NCBI GenBank assembly: GCA_046563655.1
Contig: CM102286.1
Location: 5,146,001-5,210,000, forward strand
DNA from: Yuukianura sp. NJ FZ-2021
Taxonomy: Eukaryota
Direction: 5' to 3'
Length of the DNA stretch: 64,000 nucleotides
Shown here: positions 26,783 to 40,056 of the stretch, piece by piece
Position numbering within the stretch: position 1 is the first letter of the stretch
Layout: every line of letters begins with the position of its first letter
Translations under genes and position numbers: made by a program
The notes under the pieces: model-generated
Seen by the model: only the letters and a program-made list of their open reading frames with translations
Told to the model about the DNA's origin: nothing
Database searches by the model: none

Positions 26783-27072
26783 CAAGGTGGCTGAACAAGA
26801 GGTTAAGCATTAAGTCTGTTTTTATATTTTTACACCCAAAATTTCAAAAATGAAAAGTCATCACGGCTGCTCTCGTTTCCTTGGCAATTTTTTATCCGAA
26901 TTTATTTTAATCATTTTTTTCCATTGCAAAATTCTAACTTTTTGCTCAAAGAAAATGATCAACAAGATCAGAGTAAAATCAGAGTAAAAAATTGTTTGCA
27001 GCGACATTTTTTCAAAACAGGACTTATTGCTTAACCTCTTAAAGCATTACAATGGTTGCTATAGCAACCTTG
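26783..27072. mobile_element. 290-bp MITE with 8-bp TSD (P-element- or hAT-like), copy 1 of 7
   Basis: TIR CAAGGTGGCT / AGCAACCTTG, TSD GAGTGATT on both sides, and subterminal inverted repeats AAGAGGTTAAGCATTAAGTC / GACTTATTGCTTAACCTCTT. Confidence 0.88.
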
Positions 27073-30000
27073 GAGTGATTTTCCTACTAAACTTTTAACT
27101 TTTTGGAATTTGGAATTATGCTATTTAGAAAGAGTGATTTTCCTACTAAACTTTTAACTTTTTGGAATTTGGAATTATGCTATTTAGAAAGAGTGATTTT
27201 CCTACTAAACCTTTAACTTTTTGGAATTTGGAATTATGCTGTTTAGAAGGAGTGATTTTCCTACTAAACTTTTAACTTTTTGGAATTTGGAATTATGCTA
27301 TTTAGAAAGAGTGATTTTCCTACTAAACTTTTAACTTTTTGGAATTTGGAATTATGCTATTTACAAAGAGTGATTTTCCTACTAAACTTTTAACTTTTTG
27401 GAATTTGGAATTATGCTGTTTAGAAGGAGTGATTTTCCTACTAAACTTTTAACTTTTTGGAATTTGGAATTATGCTATTTAGAAAGAGTGATTTTCCTAC
27501 TAAACTTTTAACTTTTTGGAATTTGGAATTATGCTATTTAGAAAGAGTGATTTTCCTACTAAACTTTTAACTTTTTGGAATTTGGAATTATGCTATTTAG
27601 AAAGAGTGATTTTCCTACTAAACTTTTAACTTTTTTGTAATTTGGAATTATGCTATTTAGAAAGAGTGATTTTCCTACTAAACTTTTAACTTTTTGGAAT
27701 TTGGAATTATGCTATTTAGAAAGAGTGATTTTCCTACTAAACTATTAACTTTTTGGAATTTGGAATTATGCTATTTAGAAAGAGTGATTTTCCTACTAAA
27801 CTTTTAACTTTTTGGAATTTGGAATTATGCTGTTTAGAAGGAGTGATTTTCCTACTAAACTTTTAACTTTTTGGAATTTGGAATTATGCTATTTAGAAAG
27901 AGTGATTTTCCTACTAAACTTTTAACTTTTTGGAATTTGGAATTATGTCATTCAGAAAAAGTGATTTTCCTGCTAAACTTTTAACTTTTTGGAATTTGGA
28001 ATTATGCTATTTAGAAAGAGTGATTTTCCTACTAAACTTTTAACTTTTTGGAATTTGGAATTATGCTATTTAGAAAGAGTGATTTTCCTACTAAACTTTT
28101 AACTTTTTGGAATTTGGAATTATGTCATTTAGAAAGAGTGATTTTCCTACTAAACTTTTAACTTTTTGGAATTTGGAATTATGTCATTTAGAAAGAGTGA
28201 TTTTCCTACTAAACTTTTAACTTTTTGGAATTTGGAATTATGCTATTTAGAAAGAGTGATTTTCCTACTAAACTTTTAACTTTTTGGAATTTGGAATTAT
28301 GCTGTTTAGAAGGAGTGATTTTCCTACTAAACTTTTAACTTTTTGGAATTTGGAATTATGCTATTTAGAAAGAGTGATTTTCCTACTAAACTTTTAACTT
28401 TTTGGAATTTGGAATTATGCTATTTAGAAAGAGTGATTTTCCTACTAAACTGTTAACTTTTTGGAATTTGGAATTATGTCATTTAGAAAGAGTGATTTTC
28501 CTACTAAACTTTTAACTTTTTGGAATTTGGAATTATGCTGTTTAGAAGGAGTGATTTTCCTACTAAACTTTTAACTTTTTGGAATTTGGAATTATGCTGT
28601 TTAGAAGGAGTGATTTTCCTACTAAACTTTTAACTTTTATGGAATTTGGAATTATGCTATTTAGAAAGAGTGATTTTCCTACTAAACTTTTAACTTTTTG
28701 GAATTTGGAATTATGTCATTTAGAAAGAGTGATTTTCCTACTAAACTTTTAACTTTTTGGAATTTGGAATTATGCTATTTAGAAAGAGTGATTTTCCTAC
28801 TAAACTTTTAACTTTTTGGAATTTGGAATTATGCTGTTTAGAAGGAGTGATTTTCCTACTAAACTTTTAACTTTTTGGAATTTGGAATTATGCTGTTTAG
28901 AAGGAGTGATTTTCCTACTAAACTTTTAACTTTTTGGAATTTGGAATTATGCTATTTAGAAAGAGTGATTTTCCTACTAAACTTTTAACTTTTTGGAATT
29001 TGGAATTATGTCATTTAGAAAGAGTGATTTTCCTACTAAACTTTTAACTTTTTGGAATTTGGAATTATGTCATTTAGAAAAAGTGATTTTCCTACTAAAC
29101 TTTCAACTTTTTGGAATTTGGAATTATGCTGTTTAGAAGGAGTGATTTTCCTACTAAACTTTTAACTTTTTGGAATTTGGAATTATGCTATTTAGAAAAA
29201 GTGATTTTCCTACTAAACTTTTAACTTTTTGGAATTTGGAATTATGTCATTTAGAAAGAGTGATTTTCCTACTAAACTTTTAACTTTTTGGAATTTGGAA
29301 TTATGCTATTTAGAAAGAGTGATTTTCCTACTAAACTTTTAACTTTTTGGAATTTGGAATTATGCTGTTTAGAAGGAGTGATTTTTATACTAAACTTTTA
29401 ACTTTTTGGAATTTGGAATTATGCTATTTAGAAAGAGTGATTTTCCTACTAAACTTTTAACTTTTTGGAATTTGGAATTATGTCATTTAGAAAGAGTGAT
29501 TTTCCTACTAAACTTTTAACTTTTTGGAATTTGGAATTATGCTGTTTAGAAAGAGTGATTTTCCTACTAAACTTTTAACTTTTTGGAATTTGGAATTATG
29601 CTATTTAGAAAGAGTGATTTTCCTACTAAACTTTTAACTTTTTTGTAATTTGGAATTATGCTGTTTAGAAGGAGTGATTTTCCTACTAAACTTTTAACTT
29701 TTTGGAATTTGGAATTATGCTATTTAGAAAGAGTGATTTTCCTACTAAACTTTTAACTTTTTGGAATTTGGAATTATGCTGTTTAGAAGGAGTGATTTTC
29801 CTACTAAACTTTTAACTTTTTGGAATTTGGAATTATGCTATTTAGAAAGAGTGATTTTCCTACTAAACTTTTAACTTTTTTGTAATTTGGAATTATGCTG
29901 TTTAGAAGGAGTGATTTTCCTACTAAACTTTTAACTTTTTGGAATTTGGAATTATGCTATTTAGAAAGAGTGATTTTCCTACTAAACTTTTAACTTTTTG

Positions 30001-30821
30001 GAATTTGGAATTATGCTGTTTAGAAGGAGTGATTTTTATACTAAACTTTTAACTTTTTGGAATTTGGAATTATGCTATTTAGAAAGAGTGATTTTCCTAC
30101 TAAACTTTTAACTTTTTGGAATTTGGAATTATGTCATTTAGAAAGAGTGATTTTCCTACTAAACTTTTAACTTTTTGGAATTTGGAATTATGCTATTTAG
30201 AAAGAGTGATTTTCCTACTAAACTTTTAACTTTTTGGAATTTGGAATTATGCTGTTTAGAAGGAGTGATTTTTATACTAAACTTTTAACTTTTTGGAATT
30301 TGGAATTATGCTATTTAGAAAGAGTGATTTTCCTACTAAACTTTTAACTTTTTGGAATTTGGAATTATGTCATTTAGAAAGAGTGATTTTCCTACTAAAC
30401 TTTTAACTTTTTGGAATTTGGAATTATGTCATTTAGAAAGAGTGATTTTCCTACTAAACTTTTAACTTTTTGGAATTTGGAATTATGCTATTTAGACAGA
30501 GTGATAGTGATTTTCCTACTAAACTTTTAACTTTTTGGAATTTGGAATTATGCTATTTAGAAAGAGTGATTTTCCTACTAAACTTTTAACTTTTTGGAAT
30601 TTGGAATTATGCTATTTAGAAAGAGTGATTTTCCTACTAAACTTTTAACTTTTTGGAATTTGGAATTATGCTATTTAGAAAGAGTGATTTTCCTACTAAA
30701 CTTTTAACTTTTTGGAATTTGGAATTACGCTATTTAGAAAGAGTGATTTTCCTACTAAACTTTTAACTTTTTGGAATTTGGAATTACGCTATTTAGAAAG
30801 AGTGATTTTCCTACTAAACTT

Positions 30822-31673
30822 TGTGGCGATTGGACAGCAAGTCCCCACTGCCAATCGCCAGGATGGAGAGTGTACGAAGTGGCCCGTGTCTCACTCCCAT
30901 CACATACACCAGTTCCCTTCCCTTGACAAGCCAGATCGAACCGGTAGCTCAATTGGTAGAGAGCATCTTCCCGGATTGAAGAGGTGTGGGTTCGAGTCCC
31001 ACTCGGTTCCTTTATTTTTTCTGGCTTGTCCTTTGTTTCCCCTTTATCCCTCTCCCTAGTCCTCACATATGGCGCCCGACGCCGGGCGTACCGACCCGGC
31101 CGGAGGACTTTGGGGGCGGGGTGGTGTGGCGATTGGACAGCAAGTCCCCACTGCCAATCGCCAGGATGGAGAGTGTACGAAGTGGCCCGTGTCTCACTCC
31201 CATCACATACACCAGTTCCCTTCCCTTGACAAGCCAGATCGAACCGGTAGCTCAATTGGTAGAGAGCATCTTCCCGGATTGAAGAGGTGTGGGTTCGAGT
31301 CCCACTCGGTTCCTTTATTTTTTCTGGCTTGTCCTTTGTTTCCCCTTTATCCCTCTCCCTAGTCCTCACATATGGCGCCCGACGCCGGGCGTACCGACCC
31401 GGCCGGAGGACTTTGGGGGCGGGGTGGTGTGGCGATTGGACAGCAAGTCCCCACTGCCAATCGCCAGGATGGAGAGTGTACGAAGTGGCCCGTGTCTCAC
31501 TCCCATCACATACACCAGTTCCCTTCCCTTGACAAGCCAGATCGAACCGGTAGCTCAATTGGTAGAGAGCATCTTCCCGGATTGAAGAGGTGTGGGTTCG
31601 AGTCCCACTCGGTTCCTTTATTTTTTCTGGCTTGTCCTTTGTTTCCCCTTTATCCCTCTCCCTAGTCCTCACA
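30822..31673 (+). mobile_element. Tandem three-LTR tRNA-bearing TRIM, copy 2
   Basis: Same sequence, same ACTT TSD and same flanks as 25882-26733, offset by 4940 bp. This indicates segmental duplication rather than an independent insertion. Confidence 0.92.
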
Positions 31674-31722
31674 ACTTTTAACTTTTTGGAATTTGGAATT
31701 ATGCTGTTTAGAAGGAGTGATT

Positions 31723-32012
31723 CAAGGTGGCTGAACAAGAGGTTAAGCATTAAGTCTGTTTTTATATTTTTACACCCAAAATTTCAAAAATGAAAAGTCA
31801 TCACGGCTGCTCTCGTTTCCTTGGCAATTTTTTATCCGAATTTATTTTAATCATTTTTTTCCATTGCAAAATTCTAACTTTTTGCTCAAAGAAAATGATC
31901 AACAAGATCAGAGTAAAATCAGAGTAAAAAATTGTTTGCAGCGACATTTTTTCAAAACAGGACTTATTGCTTAACCTCTTAAAGCATTACAATGGTTGCT
32001 ATAGCAACCTTG
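31723..32012. mobile_element. 290-bp MITE copy 2
   Basis: Same sequence and GAGTGATT TSD as 26783-27072. Confidence 0.88.
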
Positions 32013-35000
32013 GAGTGATTTTCCTACTAAACTTTTAACTTTTTGGAATTTGGAATTATGCTATTTAGAAAGAGTGATTTTCCTACTAAACTTTTAACTT
32101 TTTGGAATTTGGAATTATGCTATTTAGAAAGAGTGATTTTCCTACTAAACCTTTAACTTTTTGGAATTTGGAATTATGTCATTTAGAAAGAGTGATTTTC
32201 CTACTAAACTTTTAACTTTTTGGAATTTGGAATTATGTCATTTAGAAAGAGTGATTTTCCTACTAAACTTTTAACTTTTTGGAATTTGGAATTATGCTAT
32301 TTAGAAAGAGTGATTTTCCTACTAAACTTTTAACTTTTTGGAATTTGGAATTATGCTATTTAGAAAGAGTGATTTTCCTACTAAACTTTTAACTTTTTGG
32401 AATTTGGAATTATGCTATTTAGAAAGAGTGATTTTCCTACTAAACTTTTAACTTTTTTGTAATTTGGAATTATGCTATTTAGAAAGAGTGATTTTCCTAC
32501 TAAACTTTTAACTTTTTGGAATTTGGAATTATGCTATTTAGAAAGAGTGATTTTCCTACTAAACTTTTAACTTTTTGGAATTTGGAATTACGCTATTTAG
32601 AAAGAGTGATTTTCCTACTAAACTTTTAACTTTTTGGAATTTGGAATTACGCTATTTAGAAAGAGTGATTTTCCTACTAAACTTTTAACTTTTTGGAATT
32701 TGGAATTACGCTATTTAGAAAGAGTGATTTTCCTACTAAACTTTTAACTTTTTGGAATTTGGAATTACGCTATTTAGAAAGAGTGATTTTCCTACTAAAC
32801 TTTTAACTTTTTGGAATTTGGAATTATGCTATTTAGAAAGAGTGATTTTCCTACTAAACTTTTAACTTTTTGGAATTTGGAATTACGCTATTTAGAAAGA
32901 GTGATTTTCCTACTAAACTTTTAACTTTTTGGAATTTGGAATTATGTCATTTAGAAAGAGTGATTTTCCTACTAAACTTTTAACTTTTTGGAATTTGGAA
33001 TTATGCTGTTTAGAAGGAGTGATTTTCCTACTAAACTTTTAACTTTTTGGAATTTGGAATTATGCTATTTAGAAAGAGTGATTTTCCTACTAAACTTTTA
33101 ACTTTTTGGAATTTGGAATTATGCTATTTAGAAAGAGTGATTTTCCTACTAAACTTTTAACTTTTTGGAATTTGGAATTATGCTATTTAGAAAGAGTGAT
33201 TTTCCTACTAAACTTTTAACTTTTTGGAATTTGGAATTATGCTATTTAGAAAGAGTGATTTTCCTACTAAACTTTTAACTTTTTGGAATTTGGAATTATG
33301 CTATTTAGAAAGAGTGATTTTCCTACTAAACTTTTAACTTTTTTGTAATTTGGAATTATGCTATTTAGAAAGAGTGATTTTCCTACTAAACTTTTAACTT
33401 TTTGGAATTTGGAATTATGCTATTTAGAAAGAGTGATTTTCCTACTAAACTTTTAACTTTTTGGAATTTGGAATTACGCTATTTAGAAAGAGTGATTTTC
33501 CTACTAAACTTTTAACTTTTTGGAATTTGGAATTACGCTATTTAGAAAGAGTGATTTTCCTACTAAACTTTTAACTTTTTGGAATTTGGAATTATGTCAT
33601 TTAGAAAGAGTGATTTTCCTACTAAACTTTTAACTTTTTGGAATTTGGAATTATGTCATTTAGAAAGAGTGATTTTCCTACTAAACTTTTAACTTTTTGG
33701 AATTTGGAATTATGCTGTTTAGAAGGAGTGATTTTCCTACTAAACTTTTAACTTTTTGGAATTTGGAATTATGCTATTTAGAAAGAGTGATTTTCCTACT
33801 AAACTTTTAACTTTTTTGTAATTTGGAATTATGCTATTTAGAAAGAGTGATTTTCCTACTAAACTTTTAACTTTTTGGAATTTGGAATTATGCTATTTAG
33901 AAAGAGTGATTTTCCTACTAAACTTTTAACTTTTTGGAATTTGGAATTACGCTATTTAGAAAGAGTGATTTTCCTACTAAACTTTTAACTTTTTGGAATT
34001 TGGAATTACGCTATTTAGAAAGAGTGATTTTCCTACTAAACTTTTAACTTTTTGGAATTTGGAATTATGTCATTTAGAAAGAGTGATTTTCCTACTAAAC
34101 TTTTAACTTTTTGGAATTTGGAATTATGCTGTTTAGAAGGAGTGATTTTCCTACTAAACTTTTAACTTTTTGGAATTTGGAATTATGCTATTTAGAAAGA
34201 GTGATTTTCCTACTAAACTTTTAACTTTTTGGAATTTGGAATTATGCTATTTAGAAAGAGTGATTTTCCTACTAAACTTTTAACTTTTTGGAATTTGGAA
34301 TTATGCTATTTAGAAAGAGTGATTTTCCTACTAAACTTTTAACTTTTTGGAATTTGGAATTATGCTATTTAGAAAGAGTGATTTTCCTACTAAACTTTTA
34401 ACTTTTTGGAATTTGGAATTATGCTATTTAGAAAGAGTGATTTTCCTACTAAACTTTTAACTTTTTTGTAATTTGGAATTATGCTATTTAGAAAGAGTGA
34501 TTTTCCTACTAAACTTTTAACTTTTTGGAATTTGGAATTATGCTATTTAGAAAGAGTGATTTTCCTACTAAACTTTTAACTTTTTGGAATTTGGAATTAC
34601 GCTATTTAGAAAGAGTGATTTTCCTACTAAACTTTTAACTTTTTGGAATTTGGAATTACGCTATTTAGAAAGAGTGATTTTCCTACTAAACTTTTAACTT
34701 TTTGGAATTTGGAATTACGCTATTTAGAAAGAGTGATTTTCCTACTAAACTTTTAACTTTTTGGAATTTGGAATTACGCTATTTAGAAAGAGTGATTTTC
34801 CTACTAAACCTTTAACTTTTTGGAATTTGGAATTATGTCATTTAGAAAGAGTGATTTTCCTACTAAACTTTTAACTTTTTGGAATTTGGAATTATGCTAT
34901 TTAGAAAGAGTGATTTTCCTACTAAACTTTTAACTTTTTGGAATTTGGAATTATGCTATTTAGAAAGAGTGATTTTCCTACTAAACTTTTAACTTTTTGG

Positions 35001-35446
35001 AATTTGGAATTATGTCATTTAGAAAGAGTGATTTTCCTACTAAACTTTTAACTTTTTGGAATTTGGAATTATGCTATTTAGACAGAGTGATTTTCCTACT
35101 AAACTTTTAACTTTTTGGAATTTGGAATTATGCTATTTAGAAAGAGTGATTTTCCTACTAAACTTTTAACTTTTTGGAATTTGGAATTATGCTATTTAGA
35201 AAGAGTGATTTTCCTACTAAACTTTTAACTTTTTGGAATTTGGAATTATGCTATTTAGAAAGAGTGATTTTCCTACTAAACTTTTAACTTTTTGGAATTT
35301 GGAATTACGCTATTTAGAAAGAGTGATTTTCCTACTAAACTTTTAACTTTTTGGAATTTGGAATTACGCTATTTAGAAAGAGTGATTTTCCTACTAAACT
35401 TTTAACTTTTTGGAATTTGGAATTATGCTGTTTAGAAGGAGTGATT

Positions 35447-35736
35447 CAAGGTGGCTGAACAAGAGGTTAAGCATTAAGTCTGTTTTTATATTTTTACACC
35501 CAAAATTTCAAAAATGAAAAGTCATCACGGCTGCTCTCGTTACCTTGGCAATTTTTTATCCGAATTTATTTTAATCATTTTTTTCCATTGCAAAATTCTA
35601 ACTTTTTGCTCAAAGAAAATGATCAACAAGATCAGAGTAAAATCAGAGTAAAAAATTGTTTGCAGCGACATTTTTTCAAAACAGGACTTATTGCTTAACC
35701 TCTTAAAGCATTACAATGGTTGCTATAGCAACCTTG
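35447..35736. mobile_element. 290-bp MITE copy 3
   Basis: Same TIR/TSD. Carries the variant CTCGTTACC, shared with copy 4. Confidence 0.88.
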
Positions 35737-36393
35737 GAGTGATTTTCCTACTAAACTTTTAACTTTTTGGAATTTGGAATTATGCTATTTAGAAAGAGTG
35801 ATTTTCCTACTAAACTTTTAACTTTTTGGAATTTGGAATTATGCTATTTAGAAAGAGTGATTTTCCTACTAAACCTTTAACTTTTTGGAATTTGGAATTA
35901 TGTCATTTAGAAAGAGTGATTTTCCTACTAAACTTTTAACTTTTTGGAATTTGGAATTATGCTATTTAGACAGAGTGATTTTCCTACTAAACTTTTAACT
36001 TTTTGGAATTTGGAATTATGCTATTTAGAAAGAGTGATTTTCCTACTAAACTTTTAACTTTTTGGAATTTGGAATTATGCTATTTAGACAGAGTGATTTT
36101 CCTACTAAACTTTTAACTTTTTGGAATTTGGAATTATGCTATTTAGAAAGAGTGATTTTCCTACTAAACTTTTAACTTTTTGGAATTTGGAATTATGTTA
36201 TTTAGAAAGAGTGATTTTCCTACTAAACTTTTAACTTTTTGGAATTTGGAACTATTATATTTAGAAAGAGTGATTTTCCTACTAAACTTTTAACTTTTTG
36301 GAATTTGGAATTACGCTATTTAGAAAGAGTGATTTTCCTACTAAACTTTTAACTTTTTGGAATTTGGAATTATGCTGTTTAGAAGGAGTGATT

Positions 36394-36683
36394 CAAGGTG
36401 GCTGAACAAGAGGTTAAGCATTAAGTCTGTTTTTATATTTTTACACCCAAAATTTCAAAAATGAAAAGTCATCACGGCTGCTCTCGTTACCTTGGCAATT
36501 TTTTATCCGAATTTATTTTAATCATTTTTTTCCATTGCAAAATTCTAACTTTTTGCTCAAAGAAAATGATCAACAAGATCAGAGTAAAATCAGAGTAAAA
36601 AATTGTTTGCAGCGACATTTTTTCAAAACAGGACTTATTGCTTAACCTCTTAAAGCATTACAATGGTTGCTATAGCAACCTTG
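36394..36683. mobile_element. 290-bp MITE copy 4
   Basis: Same TIR/TSD, 947 bp after copy 3. Confidence 0.88.
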
Positions 36684-37340
36684 GAGTGATTTTCCTACTA
36701 AACTTTTAACTTTTTGGAATTTGGAATTATGCTATTTAGAAAGAGTGATTTTCCTACTAAACTTTTAACTTTTTGGAATTTGGAATTATGCTATTTAGAA
36801 AGAGTGATTTTCCTACTAAACCTTTAACTTTTTGGAATTTGGAATTATGTCATTTAGAAAGAGTGATTTTCCTACTAAACTTTTAACTTTTTGGAATTTG
36901 GAATTATGCTATTTAGACAGAGTGATTTTCCTACTAAACTTTTAACTTTTTGGAATTTGGAATTATGCTATTTAGAAAGAGTGATTTTCCTACTAAACTT
37001 TTAACTTTTTGGAATTTGGAATTATGCTATTTAGACAGAGTGATTTTCCTACTAAACTTTTAACTTTTTGGAATTTGGAATTATGCTATTTAGAAAGAGT
37101 GATTTTCCTACTAAACTTTTAACTTTTTGGAATTTGAAATTATGTTATTTAGAAAGAGTGATTTTCCTACTAAACTTTTAACTTTTTGGAATTTGGAACT
37201 ATTATATTTAGAAAGAGTGATTTTCCTACTAAACTTTTAACTTTTTGGAATTTGGAATTACGCTATTTAGAAAGAGTGATTTTCCTACTAAACTTTTAAC
37301 TTTTTGGAATTTGGAATTATGCTGTTTAGAAGGAGTGATT

Positions 37341-37630
37341 CAAGGTGGCTGAACAAGAGGTTAAGCATTAAGTCTGTTTTTATATTTTTACACCCAAAAT
37401 TTCAAAAATGAAAAGTCATCACGGCTGCTCTCGTTTCCTTGGCAATTTTTTATCCGAATTTATTTTAATCATTTTTTTCCATTGCAAAATTCTAACTTTT
37501 TGCTCAAAGAAAATGATCAACAAGATCAGAGTAAAATCAGAGTAAAAAATTGTTTGCAGCGACATTTTTTCAAAACAGGACTTATTGCTTAACCTCTTAA
37601 AGCATTACAATGGTTGCTATAGCAACCTTG
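37341..37630. mobile_element. 290-bp MITE copy 5
   Basis: Same TIR/TSD, 947 bp after copy 4. Confidence 0.88.
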
Positions 37631-38819
37631 GAGTGATTTTCCTACTAAACTTTTAACTTTTTGGAATTTGGAATTATGCTATTTAGAAAGAGTGATTTTC
37701 CTACTAAACTTTTAACTTTTTGGAATTTGGAATTATGCTATTTAGAAAGAGTGATTTTCCTACTAAACTTTTAACTTTTTGGAATTTGGAATTATGCTAT
37801 TTAGAAAGAGTGATTTTCCTACTAAACTTTTAACTTTTTGGAATTTGGAATTATGCTATTTAGAAAGAGTGATTTTCCTACTAAACTTTTAACTTTTTTG
37901 TAATTTGGAATTATGCTATTTAGAAAGAGTGATTTTCCTACTAAACTTTTAACTTTTTGGAATTTGGAATTATGCTATTTAGAAAGAGTGATTTTCCTAC
38001 TAAACTTTTAACTTTTTGGAATTTGGAATTACGCTATTTAGAAAGAGTGATTTTCCTACTAAACTTTTAACTTTTTGGAATTTGGAATTACGCTATTTAG
38101 AAAGAGTGATTTTCCTACTAAACTTTTAACTTTTTGGAATTTGGAATTACGCTATTTAGAAAGAGTGATTTTCCTACTAAACTTTTAACTTTTTGGAATT
38201 TGGAATTACGCTATTTAGAAAGAGTGATTTTCCTACTAAACCTTTAACTTTTTGGAATTTGGAATTATGTCATTTAGAAAGAGTGATTTTCCTACTAAAC
38301 TTTTAACTTTTTGGAATTTGGAATTATGCTATTTAGAAAGAGTGATTTTCCTACTAAACTTTTAACTTTTTGGAATTTGGAATTATGCTATTTAGAAAGA
38401 GTGATTTTCCTACTAAACTTTTAACTTTTTGGAATTTGGAATTATGTCATTTAGAAAGAGTGATTTTCCTACTAAACTTTTAACTTTTTGGAATTTGGAA
38501 TTATGCTATTTAGACAGAGTGATTTTCCTACTAAACTTTTAACTTTTTGGAATTTGGAATTATGCTATTTAGAAAGAGTGATTTTCCTACTAAACTTTTA
38601 ACTTTTTGGAATTTGGAATTATGCTATTTAGAAAGAGTGATTTTCCTACTAAACTTTTAACTTTTTGGAATTTGGAATTACGCTATTTAGAAAGAGTGAT
38701 TTTCCTACTAAACTTTTAACTTTTTGGAATTTGGAATTACGCTATTTAGAAAGAGTGATTTTCCTACTAAACTTTTAACTTTTTGGAATTTGGAATTATG
38801 CTGTTTAGAAGGAGTGATT

Positions 38820-39109
38820 CAAGGTGGCTGAACAAGAGGTTAAGCATTAAGTCTGTTTTTATATTTTTACACCCAAAATTTCAAAAATGAAAAGTCATCA
38901 CTGCTGCTCTCGTTTCCTTGGCAATTTTTTATCCGAATTTATTTTAATCATTTTTTTCCATTGCAAAATTCTAACTTTTTGCTCAAAGAAAATGATCAAC
39001 AAGATCAGAGTAAAATCAGAGTAAAAAATTGTTTGCAGCGACATTTTTTCAAAACAGGACTTATTGCTTAACCTCTTAAAGCATTACAATGGTTGCTATA
39101 GCAACCTTG
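38820..39109. mobile_element. 290-bp MITE copy 6
   Basis: Same TIR/TSD, with private variant CATCACTGCTG. Confidence 0.88.
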
Positions 39110-39766
39110 GAGTGATTTTCCTACTAAACTTTTAACTTTTTGGAATTTGGAATTATGCTATTTAGAAAGAGTGATTTTCCTACTAAACTTTTAACTTTTT
39201 GGAATTTGGAATTATGCTATTTAGAAAGAGTGATTTTCCTACTAAACCTTTAACTTTTTGGAATTTGGAATTATGTCATTTAGAAAGAGTGATTTTCCTA
39301 CTAAACTTTTAACTTTTTGGAATTTGGAATTATGCTATTTAGACAGAGTGATTTTCCTACTAAACTTTTAACTTTTTGGAATTTGGAATTATGCTATTTA
39401 GAAAGAGTGATTTTCCTACTAAACTTTTAACTTTTTGGAATTTGGAATTATGCTATTTAGACAGAGTGATTTTCCTACTAAACTTTTAACTTTTTGGAAT
39501 TTGAAATTATGTTATTTAGAAAGAGTGATTTTCCTACTAAACTTTTAACTTTTTGGAATTTGGAACTATTATATTTAGAAAGAGTGATTTTCCTACTAAA
39601 CTTTTAACTTTTTGGAATTTGGAACTATTATATTTAGAAAGAGTGATTTTCCTACTAAACTTTTAACTTTTTGGAATTTGTAATTATGTTATTTAGAAAG
39701 AGTGATTTTCCTACTAAACTTTTAACTTTTTGGAATTTGGAATTATGCTGTTTAGAAGGAGTGATT

Positions 39767-40056
39767 CAAGGTGGCTGAACAAGAGGTTAAGCATTAAGTC
39801 TGTTTTTATATTTTTACACCCAAAATTTCAAAAATGAAAAGTCATCACGGCTGCTCTCGTTTCCTTGGCAATTTTTTATCCGAATTTATTTTAATCATTT
39901 TTTTCCATTGCAAAATTCTAACTTTTTGCTCAAAGAAAATGATCAACAAGATCAGAGTAAAATCAGAGTAAAAAATTGTTTGCAGCGACATTTTTTCAAA
40001 ACAGGACTTATTGCTTAACCTCTTAAAGCATTACAATGGTTGCTATAGCAACCTTG
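39767..40056. mobile_element. 290-bp MITE copy 7
   Basis: Same TIR/TSD, 947 bp after copy 6. Confidence 0.88.

Noticed and set aside
25815..26810. 331-aa minus-strand ORF (and its twin at 30755-31750) plus overlapping plus-strand ORFs
   Set aside because: Artefact of the GC-rich 303-bp period being divisible by 3. There are no gag/pol motifs and it starts inside a different element.
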